A stretch of 64,000 nt of DNA from Vermamoeba vermiformis (Eukaryota): positions 124,001-188,000 of the forward strand of contig JBEWZL010000121.1 of NCBI GenBank assembly GCA_045837725.1, in the 5' to 3' direction. The notes beneath the pieces were generated by a model. It did not search any database, was not told the origin of the DNA, and saw only the letters and a program-made list of their open reading frames with translations. How positions within the stretch are numbered: the first letter of the stretch is position 1; every line of letters starts with the position of its first letter. A program made the position numbers and the translations under genes. This document shows positions 22,014 through 36,225 of this stretch, one piece after another.

Positions 22014-24818
22014 TTACACTGATGGATTCGCGTGTGGATGTGCTTGAGGCGGACCACTAGGCTTCACTCCTTTGACTAATGAAGCTTGTAGTGACATCAT
22101 CTTTTGCCTAAAGTCGTCTTTTTCGGGTGGCATCTGAAGTCGGTAGATCAGCTCTTCTTTTGAAATATTTTCAGCAATGCTCTAATATCAAAATATTATT
22201 AGTATATTATAAGACTAACACATTCAATATTATTATAGTATTTTGTACCTCGAGGGTATCAAAGACGACTCGCATAGCGTTCGGCTTGACTTTGTCAGTA
22301 CGCAGCGTCATGTACTTCCAAAAACCGGTCCAAGGGTCATATACAAACTCGCCTATAATATGCTTCAAGTTCGGGTGCCCAGCGATGTCTTTCTGCATTT
22401 GATGACGATCTCGTTCAGAAAGACTAACGACCTTGCATTCTACTTCGCCGGTATCAGCCAAGGCCAAAAACGTAAACTCTGCTTCATTTTTTGTCGGTCT
22501 GACTCTAAAATCAGCGGACAATTTGTCGGTGTATTTCCACTTGAACAAATTGTTCGTAGTTCGGATGTTGTAGTGCTCATCTGGAGTGAAGATAATGCCG
22601 TCCGTCTTATGGTACCTCTTATCGTCTGTATAATATCGGTGGCCCGTCTTCTCATCTTTCTTAATTCGTTCAAATACCTAAAAAAGGAAATAATTAAAAT
22701 TTCTTTTTTTAACCGGATAGCTTACCTTATCGAGCTTTTCTTTCGGGAAGAATACTTTGCCCATAATAAGGAATGGGTGTTCTTTTGGGACCTTGCCCTC
22801 TTGAACGGCTTGTCTATACGGCGTTACCACGTGTTTGCCAATAATTTGCAGCCGTTCAGAAAGAGTTTTATCGCCGTAATATTGATTGTGCATGGTGACC
22901 ACATCAAACACCATGAAAATAGGCTTGCCAGTCAATGTATGTCTCACTAACTCACCATCGATCAATGACGGACCTATACAATAAGATTACTATCATAAAC
23001 AAAGATTTCTACTAGTAAATCTTTTTCGTACCTTGAGATCCGTAAAGTTCAGTCAAGGCCTCAAAGTCAGTAATAAAATTGAACGAGAATTTTCTGTCAA
23101 TGAAGAAGGCCCCGTTGTCTAACACGAGCATCAAGTATCGAATGCCATCTGTCTTTTCACTGACGTAATACGGAACGCGTTGAATAGTGGGGAAGTGCCT
23201 TCGACTAAATGTCACCGGCATTGAACCAGGGAAGTCATCGAAGCCTGTAAATAGTAGAATTAGCATACGATATGATAATAACGGTGATTTTACGTACTGG
23301 AATTCATTCGCAAGCAAGCTCTGACGTGCGCTTTTAGCTGATCCAAATCATCACCGGATTCGATGCGCTCAGTGTTGATATCGGGGAAAGGATCAGACCT
23401 AACGATATAATGATGAATATGCATATTATAGTTATGGTATTTAGAGTACGTACTGAGCTTTCATTAATCCTTGAATTGTTGTTACTAACATGTTGTAGAA
23501 TTCTTCGGCAGTGTCTTTTAAATAGCTAAAAATTAATAGAATTAATACTTGGAATTAATATAAGTGCTTATTATATAATAAAGTACGTACTATTCGTTTC
23601 CAAAGGCCAAGAGAGTATGATTCAGTACTTCAAACTCGACTTCATAAACGGTCGCGTACTGACTCTTGCCTTCGTCCTCGGCATTATCTTCAATTGAAAC
23701 GACTTTTGTCATATCAATGCGCCATCTGTTGCCTGCACTTTCATTCAAGAACGAATAACGAGTCTAAAAACGTATTCGTTAGAAACAATTTGGATCTGGA
23801 TCCGTCAATAATGTAATTAGTTTTCTACCTTTTTTCGTTTTTTCTCGTAATTCGAAGGCAATACTTCGGGCATTGGAACCGAAATTTCGCTCGAGACACT
23901 CAATCGCAGATCGTAAGGGAAATCACCAAACTGCATCGTTTGGTTTCTTGTCCTATTCTTGATTGTAGCTCGAATAGCCGTCTGCTCTTCATAATCGAAC
24001 GTTACACGCATATTTCCCTAATTTGGAGCATGTTAGAGAATTACAAGTTGGATGTACGAGGTCGCGTACTGGCATCTCAGCAATAGGACTGGTGTAGATA
24101 AAATCGGTCTCTTGAATCATATCGCACTCTCCTTTGTTTTGCGATTGGAAGAATCGTACTAAGTAATCGAATTCTTGCTTTGTAACACCGGATTTGAAAC
24201 CCTATCCACGACGAATAGTTGTTAACACTTCTATTCATCAAATTAACATCTTATGTTATAATATACGCACCGTGCCAGTATAACTGCCGATTCTAGCCTC
24301 AATTTCAACTTGAGTAGTTTTTGGAGCGTCTGTTGGATGAAAAGGGAATCAGATCTGGTCCAAATCAAATCTTATGCGATGATTCGTACCTTTCGCCGAT
24401 AAATATGCGTTCAAAAATAAATTGTGAAGGTCATCTACATTTTTTTGCTTCATTTCAGCCAAGCGATCCCTGTCATAATCAATTATTAGGTTAAAATAAT
24501 TTTAGGAAACGTTAGAATATATGATCCGCTGTAGCAATCGTTAGATCATAATATATAATATTATTTAATATTGTGGACATAATTTTGAACATCATCAGAT
24601 CTCGAATAATATCAGATGGCGATTTTGGATCCAAAAAAACGAAACAAAATCTGAAAATTAAAGCGGACTTACACTTTCTTCGGAGTGTGCTCCGTAATGT
24701 CAGAAAGAATGGAGTCAAGCAACGAATCTGTTTTGGCCTTCTTGCGGACAGATGGCTGTCTCAAATCTGTGCTTAGTACTCGCTTTTTTTGATGAGGATC
24801 AGGCTTATCTCCGTCCAT
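22014..24818 (-). CDS. Bifunctional mRNA capping enzyme: CYTH/TTM RNA triphosphatase fused to guanylyltransferase
   Basis: N-half QVEIEARIG, MRVTFD, YDLRLSVSSE, KKRKK|TRYSF, WRIDMTKV, YEVEFEV. C-half FPGSMPVTF, VSEKTDGIRY (motif I), IDGELV, FMVFD, DGIIF, FKWK, RTDKVKPN. Confidence 0.9.
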
Positions 24819-25440
24819 ATTGTACACGAGTTAATAAGACAAACGAATTTTAATAATAGTTGGTGAATCAAGATAAAATTTTCGGCCTAATTTGCTTGGC
24901 TCAAATTTCTTGGGCCTTTATTTTTTGTCAGATCTGACACCATGTATTATTGTTGCAGCAGTGACTGACTAACACTGTAGTGCATTTCGTATTATTATCA
25001 AGCAAATCTCGTTGCAACAGCTACTGGCTATGGTGTTATTTATAGCTCATCTCCAATAAAATATTGGAACTCACTCTACTGCAGCGCAATTAATCAATCT
25101 ATACTCAATTAATACTATATGTAAGTAATAATGCGAATATTATGCATGAATAGTTTCGGCAGAGCAACGGATTTCAAGTAATAGAAACTGTTCCCAAATC
25201 TAATGTTTTGCCGCTCCCAAAATTCTCTTCATTAATATTTAGTGCTGCGCTATGCATTATATTAATAATTAAATATAATTCTCGAAATTGTAGTTGATAC
25301 GCCAGCGTACCAACACGAAAAATTAAAAACGGTAAATCCACTCGATAATCTCTGTCTATTCAATTCAATATATTACCATCATACAAAACTAATTTAATTA
25401 TTTTATAATAGATTTGAAGCGAACTATTGTCGAATAACGG

Positions 25441-28400
25441 ATGTCGTCATACAATCTCTCTCCGCGAGACTACTTGCCTCACTTGCACGAAAGAAGATTA
25501 CTTATATTGAACCATGTTAATATAGGCGAGGAAATATTAGTTAAAATATTCTCGTTCCTCACTAGAGTCGAAAAACTCAAAATCTGTAGAGTTTGCGAGT
25601 AAGTTCAAATCCACGAAGCGCAGTGTTAATAATTGATTTCGCAACGTGCTTGGCATATCATATGAATGCTATACAGCGAAGAATGTTCGATTATATCGTT
25701 AAAATTGATTATATTTTATTGAATCCGAAAGATTTCCATTATCTTCGAGATTGCAATCCGAATGGGACTGTGAATTCCAAATGTGGACTAACGTATGATA
25801 CTTCAATAGGACCTTCAATGAACTGGTCAACTCTGCACGATTCTGGAGGAACGTGGACCTGACGGGCAATCTGGATCAACTGCGGATGAAAGAACTTTTG
25901 CTGATGACTGAGCCAAGGTAATAATTATTTAATAGATTAAATATAAAACAGTCTAAATACAAAGTATTATTCAACGTCTGTTGTTCGCTACTTTGTGAAT
26001 TGGTGCGGAGCGTGATCTCGTTTATATAATTCGAGCAGATCAACAATGCTAATGCTAATTAACCTTCCATTTATAGAAAGCATTTGATCGAGAATTTAAT
26101 TCTTGACGGTTGGGAAGAGATCGAACCCGATAAGCTCGTCGAACGGTTGCCAAATCTGCGATCGCTCGATCTTACCTCAACAGTCTTGCACTCGAGATGG
26201 TTTGATAAGCCTCGCAATCAAGTCACTTTACGTAAGTCTTAGAATATACAAACCAAGCAAATACTTTGCGTGCACGAGCAGTCAATTAATAATTTTTTCT
26301 GTCTAGCGGCTATGAGAAAGAACCACCAGAAGTTGGAGACGATTTATTTTACGAACTGTCGTTACCTCTTCAGTCACTTTTTGACTCCGTTCTTGCGCAT
26401 GACTCCTGCTGTCACCAAGTTCTACGTCGGAAATACTAATGTCAGCTCAATTGAAATGGAAATCATTTCAAAGGTACGCGAGATTTCTTCAATTATATTT
26501 TGATATGGTACTAATTATACCACATTTTTAGTCTTTACGCCAATTAGAGGCCATTGACGTGAGCTACACTGACCCGCAAAACATTACCCGTGTCACTCCC
26601 GCTCAATTCCCGAATATTTCCACCATCTATTACACTCCCGATGAGCGTAGACGAGAAAAAGATCCCGAACTTTCCAAGTAAGCTTTATTCGTGCTATTAT
26701 TCTTGCAGTGATTAACACGTGTATTGTCAGGTTGTTCCCCAACTCGAACATTTTCGATCAGTCATTCCACGACTGGGTGGAAGACATTCTTGAAGACCCC
26801 TCAGGCTTAGACACCGTGTCTGCTATTGAAGGCATTAAAGACTTGATTGCTTCTGGCGCTGATAAGAACCTTGAGGGCGGCAAATTCAAATCAACTGCTT
26901 GGATTGCCTCGCTGACCAACTTAAAAGACCACACTGAATTCAACACTATTATCAAGAACGTTGTTACTAAGACCGTAGATGATAGGCCGAATTGGGTAAA
27001 GACTGACAAATTCAATGTAAAATCTCGAGCTCTATTGACCGTATTTAATTTTTGCTACTAGGCAACCTCAAAAATCATCAATCATCGTGTCAACGGAACG
27101 ACGCTTTTGAACGAGTTTGCGAAGTTGAACGATCAAGAGATGGTCTTGTTTTTGTTAGCACATGGCGGAGAGCCTGATTTGCCTATTGGAGAGTTCTCAC
27201 GTGATTATATTTTGAGCACGGCAATTCAGTTGAATCACTGGGACATGGCCGAGATTATCTTCCGCTATTGCAGACCAAAGAACTTGCCTCATCAAGTAGG
27301 TCCCACTGACCTTATAATCATGGTTTAGCTAACCCAAATTATTATTTTCTAGTTGTTCAGATGTTTGCTCGATTGCAAGTTTGACGGAGAAAAGGCGTTC
27401 AAAATCGCGGAGATGGCGCAAGTCAAGGGCATCAAATTCACCGATATTAAGGGCATAGAGGGCACTACTTTATTGCACGCTGCTATTGAAAGCTATAACG
27501 TGAAGGCCGTTGAGTCTTTGGTACGTTCAAAACTGCATCTCGAATCTGGATCTGAACTCACTTTGTTTTACGTAGCTTACCAAGCATATGGTCGACCCTA
27601 ACGAAATTTCTTGCGAGATGCTCGATCCCACGTCACCGTATGCCAAGTACCTTTCAAATTTAACCCGCGCATCTGTTTTGTACTTTGCACTTCATCAGCC
27701 CGCCAAAGACGGTGTTTCGGAGAAAATGATCGATCTTTTGCTGACCCATGGAGCCAGTGCCAATGAAATTGTTCTGCCTGCTAATAGTGAAATGGATCCG
27801 CTGATGTTGTCTACCTCAGTCGAGCATCCAACTCACGTGCAGAAGAAAAAGGCTAAGGGTGGCAAGTACGCCCTCTTGGACGTAGCAGATAAGGTGTCTG
27901 GTTCTGGTGAGCTGCCTCCAAAGAAGAAGCCAATTCTCCCGCCAATTTTCTACGCTCAAACTCCGGAAATATTGGAGGTCCTCTTGAAGCATGGAGCCAG
28001 TAAGTGACTCGTTGAAACCTTACACTAATGCGATACTAATTATTTTCTTGGTAGATATTAATGCCAGAGACAATAACGGTCGCACGTTGTTGTGGTCAGC
28101 GATCAAGAAACGTGATCCTGAATTTGTCAAGGTCGTGCTCGAACGTGGAGCTCATATTGATAACATTGGTGGTCCCTCTGGTGAGCCCACTAATGCATTC
28201 CAGGTAAGACATCCGTTAAACTAGCGTACCAAGAAATTCAAATCCGACAAAACGTACACTAACTTCGCCTTTCAGCTTTCCCTGAACTTCTTCAAGCCCG
28301 GAAAGACTATCGAGATTATCAAGCTCCTGCATCAGCACTGCAAGAACCCTGAATTGCTTTCAATTCCTTTGATGGATGTGGTTAACTTGGGCTCGTTAGA

Positions 28401-29438
28401 ACTCCTAAAGCAGATGGTTGACTTGCGTATGGTGAAGGTTCCTATCATTCCTAAGGGTCGATTAAGTATAGGTACGTTAATTATATGATATGGAGTTCAT
28501 TGTAGCTCACCTTACCCTCAGAAATGTCGCGTGCCGATCTAGAATCATCTTTAAAGAAAGTTAAAGACGAGAACAAGCAAAAAGAGAAAAAGAAGGACAA
28601 GAACTTGAAAAAGGAGATGATGCTCAACATGACACCTCCTAACGCGAGCTATTTGGGCAACAAAAACTCGCTTTCGATGGATTCGCATGTTCGTAAGGCT
28701 CTGAAAGAGGAACAGAAGGAGATCTTGATCAGTATTGTCGTTAGAGGCAAATACGACATTCTGCAATATATGATCGATCTCGGTTTCTTCAACTTCGATA
28801 TTTCGAAGGTACGTTTACATCCACCTTGCGAGCGTTAGATCTCGCTTACCCCGAACTCCTTATTAATGCCATGTTATATAGGTCGTAGATAGCGAAGGCA
28901 ACAACTTGTTCCACTATGCTGCTCGTACTTGCCACGATCCCAAGCTCTTCGAGTACCTCTACAGCAGACGTGTCAGCGTCGTTAAGAAGAACGACCGTGG
29001 CCAAACACCGTTCATTATCTCGTGCATGCACGGCAACACGATTATGATCGATCACTTCTTGGCCCTGAATAGCACCGACACGCTCTGGCACGATTTTATT
29101 GACGATGCGGACGACGAAGGAAACACCGGTCTGCATTACGCCGTTAGCAACGGAGACCTTAAGAGTACGTTATCAATAGGTTTATTGGCATTTGTATAGT
29201 AGTCTAACCGTTACTATTTACAGTGGTCCTGTTGTTGATCGCCAAGGGACATCCAGCCGATGTGCCAAACAAAGCCGGCCAAACGCCCATGGATCTTTGC
29301 GGCAATAAGGACGGTAAAATTTACAAGGCGTTACAAGCGAAGATCGAGGGAGGACTTCATCACCACGATCACGCAAAAGATCACGACAACCACGATCCTG
29401 AGACTAAGAAGAACTGCTTCGCTAGTCAGGTTGTTTAG
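25441..29438 (+). CDS. F-box + LRR-like + ankyrin-repeat protein
   Basis: IGEEILVKIFSFLTRVEKLKICRVCETFNELVNSARFWRNVDL (F-box). LRR-like HQKLETIYFTNC. Many ankyrin motifs (GTTLLHAAI, GRTLLWSAI, GQTPFIISC, GNTGLHYAV, GQTPMDL). Confidence 0.85.
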
Positions 29439-30070
29439 AGGTCGTCGAAATAGTAACCCTTGTTCGTATTATAATTTGTAAATAATAATATTAATTTTTG
29501 AGTGCATGAAATAAAGTTGAGACAAATTTAAGAATTCTTAGCGAGCTTTGTAATCAATGCAAACTCGCTTGCCTTCGTTCATATTGGCATTAACTCACGA
29601 CCGTAGTGATACTATTAAAGTTTAGGACTGCTATTGATGCGTTTGTAACGACCTTCTGTTCGAGTTTGAAACCCTTAATGGCGCTCCAATGACCGCACGA
29701 TGCGTTTAGTCGCTTCCACCAACAAACAAGAAAAATTTGTTGGTCCAGGTTCGAAGCTCGGCTGACACTTCCCTTTGGCAGGTTGCAAGTCGCCGCTAGC
29801 TTGCCGCACAACGCTGTGCGGTGTAAGGGCTTCGAATCAATACGCCTTTGAAAAGCAGAAAAGTAAGAGAAGTCGACACATCACGAGTAGCTTACATCGA
29901 ATTTGTCTACTAGTGATAAAAAAATGCATTTGGACTCAATCGCCACTTTTTTTGCCTGTTCGTTCCATCTGCAACGTTCATTTCAATAATTTTTTGATAG
30001 TTTTCTCAGCTTGCATTATTTTTTATTTTTAACACCGAGCACATAAGCGAATAATAACCAGCTCATCAAA

Positions 30071-32209
30071 ATGCTGCGTACTGCTTCACTTGTTGCCCGA
30101 TCTCTCAGCAAGAAGAAATCCGCTATTGGTATTAATAACAATTTTTTATGGCTCAATAATATCAAAAAAAATAACGTATCACGTGTAGGTGCCACGGTTT
30201 TATTAAAGACAAATAAGACTCACAGATCAGAAAAGGTAAAAAAATATCAATAGCTCAATTATTTATATAGACGTATTTTCACATATAAAATATGTAATAA
30301 TTATTACAGTAATGCTAATGATATTATACTGTTTAAATTAGCAATTTACAGGCTTTCCAAGCGTAGCTATTTAATTATTGTGTTAAATCCAAGATAATTA
30401 TAAAACCCGGGTCAATGACTTATTCAAATTTATTAAATAATTATTTTATAGAGAAACGTATATGCCTTGACTGATGGTGGTCGTTCTTCTGTCAGTGGTA
30501 TCGTCGCCACCGTTTTTGGTAGCACTGGATTTCTCGGACGATATGTCGTGAACAACTTCGGTAAGTAATATTATTTCATTATATAATTATTATAATTATC
30601 CATGATATAATTAAATCAATATGAACGCAAGATATGAATTTCGACATCCAGATCATCTGAAGGCAAATGTAATTGACAATTGTTACTGTTAGGTCGTATG
30701 GGTTCACAAGTTTTTGTTCCTTACAGAGGCGAAGAGCACGCCACCAACCATCTCCGAGTAAGTCTATTGACTATTTAGTTACGATTGTTTCGAGTCTCAC
30801 TTACACGTGCACTAGGTGATGGGTGACGTCGGTCAAGTTGTCGCTGTTAAATACAATATTCTCGATAAAGAATCTATCCGACGAGCTATGAAGAATAGGT
30901 ACAATGTCACAATATAACTGAAATAACAAAGAAAATTATATCGCTTACAAGTACCCGATCCGCACCATAAATTGATCGAGGCCGCTTCTTTAAAACAAAA
31001 TTATTTTAAATTATATAATATACATAGTATTTCATTCACATCTTTAATAGCTGGATATTGGTTACTAATCAATATTTTAATTTGTACAGCAACGTCGTTA
31101 TCAATCTTGCTACTCAATGGTGGCCCAGCAGAAATTTCAATCCTCACTCAGTCAACGTAGTCGGTGCTCGCAATATCGCCGAAGTTGCCGCTGAAATGGG
31201 CATTGACAGATTCGTGCACTTCTCGAGCACGGCTGCCAGCCTCCAATCAGACTCTGAATACTGGAGAACAAAGGCTGAAGGTGAACTCGCTGTCAAGAAG
31301 GCCTTCCCTGAGGTCACTATCATGAAGTAAGTCCATACGTTATATTTGTAATTACTAGCCTGCTTAAGAACCAGAAGGATCCAATTCGCTAACAAACATG
31401 CCTTTATGTCGCGTTGAGCATATCTTTCTCGTGCGTTTCCGAGTACTAAATACTGGTTATATAGGCCCACTATTGTCACTGGTATGGAGGACAAATGGTT
31501 GAACAGTCACGGTTCCATGATCCACTACTGGCCCGTGTACCCTGTTTGGGAGAAGAACAGACGTTACCAACCCATCATGGTACGGCTTATACATAGCATA
31601 ATGTGGTCTCGTTGCCGTGTACTAATAGCTATATAGGCCGAGAGCGTTGCTGAAGCTGTTGTTGCGGCTGTGACTAACCCTGATACTGCCGGTCAAACTT
31701 ACGAACTTGGTGGCCCTAAGGTCTACACTATGCAAGAGTTGATGGACCTTATGCTCATTGTTACTCGACACAAGCCTACTATGATTAACTTGCCTTTGGG
31801 CGCTATGAAGTAAGTCAAAGTCAGATCCATTCTGTGTAGTGTTCTAACACGCTTGTTTAGGGCCTTTGCTAAAGCGACCGCATGGCACAGAAACCCCAGA
31901 TTCACTGAGGACTTGTTGGAGGATACCACCGACAGAGTATGTATATAGTCCTCTGATCTATATTTACGCTACATACAGTTATTATATCGTGCGAAGATCT
32001 GATCTCGCAACTTTTTTTGGATCGCATAATAACGTTTCTTTGGATAGGTTGTTTCGGATGACCCTAATACTAAGACTCTTGAAGACCTTGGTGTTAAGCA
32101 CAAATACCTTGAAGACTATATTCAAATGATTATGCGAAGATACAAGAAGCAAATCCGCTTTGAAGAACTTGTTGAACTCCCCAACGAAGGTGTTGAGAAG
32201 CACAAATAA
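30071..32209 (+). CDS. NDUFA9: NADH dehydrogenase [ubiquinone] 1 alpha subcomplex subunit 9 (39 kDa)
   Basis: Basic presequence, [65 protein letters not shown]. Confidence 0.93.
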
Positions 32210-32466
32210 GAGCGTATTATATTATAGATATTTAAAAAAGCTGTAATAGCGATATTCAAATAACATTGATTTCAAAAGTACATCCAATCGTCTTTCTTTG
32301 CTTCAAAATTTGAAATTTTCTCGATTAAGTGAAAATTACGTAAACAAGATCTTGTTTTAATTAATGCTGTGATTCGTGAATCATTCGTGACTCAGCAAAG
32401 TGACAGCGGTCAATTTTGGTTTTTTTTTTTTACGTCAGATCTTTGAATTTACAAACATAAACACAA

Positions 32467-33268
32467 ATGAAGGTAGCAACACCAACAGCCAAGTCTTGGG
32501 CACGAAGATTATTCTTCTTGCACGCTCTTCTTGCCTTAATCATTGGCATAGCTTTGTATGCCGAAAATGAACAGTTTTTGAAAGTGCTGAGCGCTAAAAT
32601 ATCTGCGAGCCATTATCACGTAATTAGTACATTAAAAATGATAGAATTTATTGTCAAGACTGCTTCTGGATGCCGAGCAAAAATATTTATTAAATTTGAA
32701 TAGAAATTTTCTAATATTTTATTTTATTAGCGCGTCTTGGGAATGTTCTTCTTGATGCTGAGTGGTATTAATTTAATGGCTTTGTTCTGCAGAACTGAGC
32801 AATCTAGTCTTCGGTAAGTGACAAGTAGCCGTCGGTAGATATTTTATTGAGTTTCTGAACTCGAATCAAAAAGCCTTAAACATTAATTATTCTATTGGCT
32901 ATAGTTAGCGCAATCTATATATTAAACTATGCCTTATTTAATTTGATTTAATTACGGAGTCAATTCTTTTTTTCTGAACGCGGAATTGCGGATCTAACAT
33001 TTTTCTTTTTCCCTTAGGTATCAATGCGTTGCACTTATTCGCCGTTTTATCCAATATATTCGTCATGGCTCAGTATTCATATGAAGCTAGTAAATTCGAA
33101 GTTAACGCGTAAGTGGCTCACAAAGTTAAATCTGAAGAATTCAACCACATCTAACAGATTCTTTTTAGCATGTTGATCTATGGTGTTATTGTAGTCTCAT
33201 TAGGCAATATCATTGGTATTTCTGTTCAATTGAGATCGATTGAAAAGAGCGAAAAGAAGAAAGAATAA
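32467..33268 (+). CDS. Small multi-pass membrane protein of unknown function with a C-terminal di-lysine motif (KSEKKKE)
   Basis: Several short hydrophobic exons with canonical splice sites, stop at 33266-33268. Confidence 0.55.
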
Positions 33269-33904
33269 GGATCCAGGTCACATCAACTCCCTTTTCACTG
33301 AACAGTGTAATTATATAAACTTATTAATTAACATTACCAATATACTATAATACCAATATACGTTGAGCGCGATAGTTATATCTAATCTAGACGAAAAAAA
33401 AACGGTCATTTAGAGCACGTGACACATTGACACGCCAGTACAGTTCGTGAAAAATATCGCGAGTGCGCAGATATTTGTTATTGTTTTTTTTATTATATTC
33501 AATTGATATCAATAGTTACAGATCACAACAAATTGTGTTTATACCAATGAGGTACCAAAGAATGACGAGTGCCAGTCAGATCTGGGTTATTTTTTTTACG
33601 TTAACGACAATAATTAGCTCAGTAATGTCATACCAACTGACCAATGATACAGTAGTATTAGTAGAAGCACCGCCTATTCACTCTCACTTGCCTGAAGTCG
33701 CGTCCAATGCAGCCGCTATTTTGGATCTTGTTCCAGTTTACTTTGTTTCATTTCTCCTCTGGCTATTTAATTATGTTTAATATTAAATAAGTAAATAGAG
33801 GCAATAAATGTAAATTTAGCGAAAAGCGTTGGAACCTCCAAGCCAAAAATCATTTATTTTAGTTCTGAACAACAGATCAACAAGGACAATCAAGTAACAA
33901 TAAA

Positions 33905-35597
33905 ATGAGCAAGAAAATTACGAATAATAATGTACCTTTTGATATGAAAACGGCGTCAAGCGTAAATCCGACGGTATGATAAGTAGATCTGATTCCCATA
34001 TGTCTGCACTAAGTAGAAAATGATAATTTGAATAACTATTATCTTATATTATAGGACAAAACAGAGGAATCGGTGTATACTGAACGATTAAACGAGAAAG
34101 GATTAAAAATAATATTAAAATACAAATTTGATCCGGTCATGTGGCTTCAATTTTACGAAAAATATACCCACAATCCTGCATTTAAGCGTTTAATGCGGTG
34201 TATGGTTCAAATAGGCACGATAGACGCTTGTTTGAGTAAGCGAAATTTGATGGAATGACATAATATCAGAGAATTTATATCGAATTCAAATTAGGAGGCA
34301 AATATTTCTTGCCTGAAGGCGAAGGAGTTAATTTAAATAAGAAAGAGATGGAAAAGATATCAAAGTAAGCCTTTTTAATTTAAAATAACAAAAATTAAGT
34401 TTTTATCGCCAGATCGACACGGATGTACACAGCCGACAATAAATTTAAAGCAGCACCACAATTTGATAATACAATCTTTCGTGTAGTTAGGTGCGTTATA
34501 GCATAATAATTGGCGTTTATTAATAACACAACAGAGGTGATTGTTTGGAAGCTGCATTGCACTTAAAAACGATTTCCATAAAAGGAAATTTACTTAATCC
34601 AGCGACTCTAATTATGGCATCAGCATCATTGCCTGGCGGTGGATATCGATCAGGAGCTGGTGCTCAAGAAGGCAAGTCTTCGGTAATGCTAATGACACCC
34701 GGATCTGACACTTTCCTTTTATAGAAAATTTGCATCGTCGAACCAACTTGTTCCAATGCCTAGAAGATCCATATGATATGAATCCTAATCGATCGTGGAG
34801 TTATCCTTTGCCTGAATTCGGTACGCAATTTTTTCACAGTTAAATTATCTGCTTTTCATCTATCATGGCCGCATTTATAAAATAATATACTAAAATTACT
34901 ATAGGCGGTGTTTATGTACCTGAGGCATATGTCATTCGTGGTAGCGAACCACGTGGTTATCCTTTTTTGGAAAACCCGCAACGGACGTCATTCATCGCCG
35001 TCGCTGGTAAGTTTATTCGTCGATTATGAATTGATGGTGTACTATGAACCTGGTTTCCTAATTTGGAAATGTCTCCAGCTTACAAGTCTCCACCAACTGA
35101 GACCGTTAACGGCAAGCTGAAGTTATCGAAGAAGATCGCTCAAAGTACCCAGAAAAAGATTCAAACGATTCTCAATATCGCACTCGATAATGGCCATGAT
35201 AGCATCGTATTAGGTGCTTTTGGATGTGGTGCTTACGGTACGTAAAAAACGAAAAATTACTACCAAAAAAGTTGCGGATCTGACTTTTCAACGAACAATT
35301 TTTACACTCTATTATCTCCTCGATAAGATTATATCATTATAAATATACAAGACTGAGACCTCTTACAATTTACCTAATGTTTTACGTGCAGCCAATCCTC
35401 CCGAACACATGGCCGAGTTGTTCAAAGAGGTGATTCAAAGCGATTTCCGCAACTGTTTCAAAGCAGTACTGTTCGCTATTCTCGACACGCAATCACCGCA
35501 AGATCACAATCCTGAAGGCAACGTGGCACCATTTGCTAGTGTATTTAATACTGAACCGATTGATATCGATGACTTTATTCAATTAAACGAACTGTAG
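33905..35597 (+). CDS. Microbial-type PARG / TIGR02452 (DUF2263) macrodomain protein
   Basis: GDCLEAA, LNPATLIMASASLPGGGYRSGAGAQE|ENLHRRTN, VAAY, GHDSIVLGAFGCGAY|ANPPEHMAELF, FKAVLFAI. An additional upstream exon near 33561 cannot be excluded. Confidence 0.88.
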
Positions 35598-35833
35598 TAT
35601 AGATACGACACATTTGCAAGGCATGCCTTTTATTCTCAAAAAATTGAAATTAGTTAGTCTAACCGTTGGTTGGTGCTCTGACTGTCAAAAAACTAAGCAC
35701 TTCGTATGTGATCGAAAAAATAACTTTATAACGACGAGCTTTGGCGCGTTAGACGCAAATCTTACTCCTGATACGACGCGCTATATCCGGTAAGTATCCT
35801 TCAATCAACAGGATCGAGCAAAAAAAGAAGAAT

Positions 35834-35904
35834 AGGCGCCACCAAGAATCGAACTTGGACAATCGACTCATGAGACCGAGGCTCTACCACTAAGCTATGG
35901 CGCC
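35834..35904 (-). tRNA. tRNA-Met(CAT), elongator-like
   Basis: Reverse complement GGCGCCA TAGCTTAGTGGTAGAGCC TCGGT CT-CAT-GA GTCGA TTGT CCAAGTTCGATTCTTGG TGGCGCC T, with T7 terminator. Confidence 0.88.
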
Positions 35905-36225
35905 GTTGTTGTAAGTTTAAGGCACGAGTCATACGAGGTCGTCAAAAAGACAAAGATATTTTGCAATGGCGACACTAAGGCGTAATAACGAAGCACAAAT
36001 TGTTCTTGTTTTCTTAAAAATTTCACCAGGCTAAAAAAATGTCTGTTTCAGTTTCATAAATTATTTACCTTACAAAAAAGAAGTATGGCGTTATTAGATC
36101 TAAATCGCGAACATTAGTTAAAGTTGATGAATCTGATCCCGTTTCTTCTTGCCAAAAATTTCGTATTTCAATTTTGCTCTGAGGAGCCATTTGGCCCATA
36201 GACAGAGTCGGAGCCAAAAAGATAC

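Noticed and set aside
29400-29438. Legionella AnkB-like CaaX tail on the F-box/ankyrin protein
   Set aside because: It ends CFASQVV, so the Cys is not fourth from the end. The gene is intron-rich and eukaryotic in style.
29540-29990. ncRNA or small gene upstream of NDUFA9 (two short hairpins, minus-strand ORF)
   Set aside because: No recognisable RNA family motifs or coherent spliced ORF.
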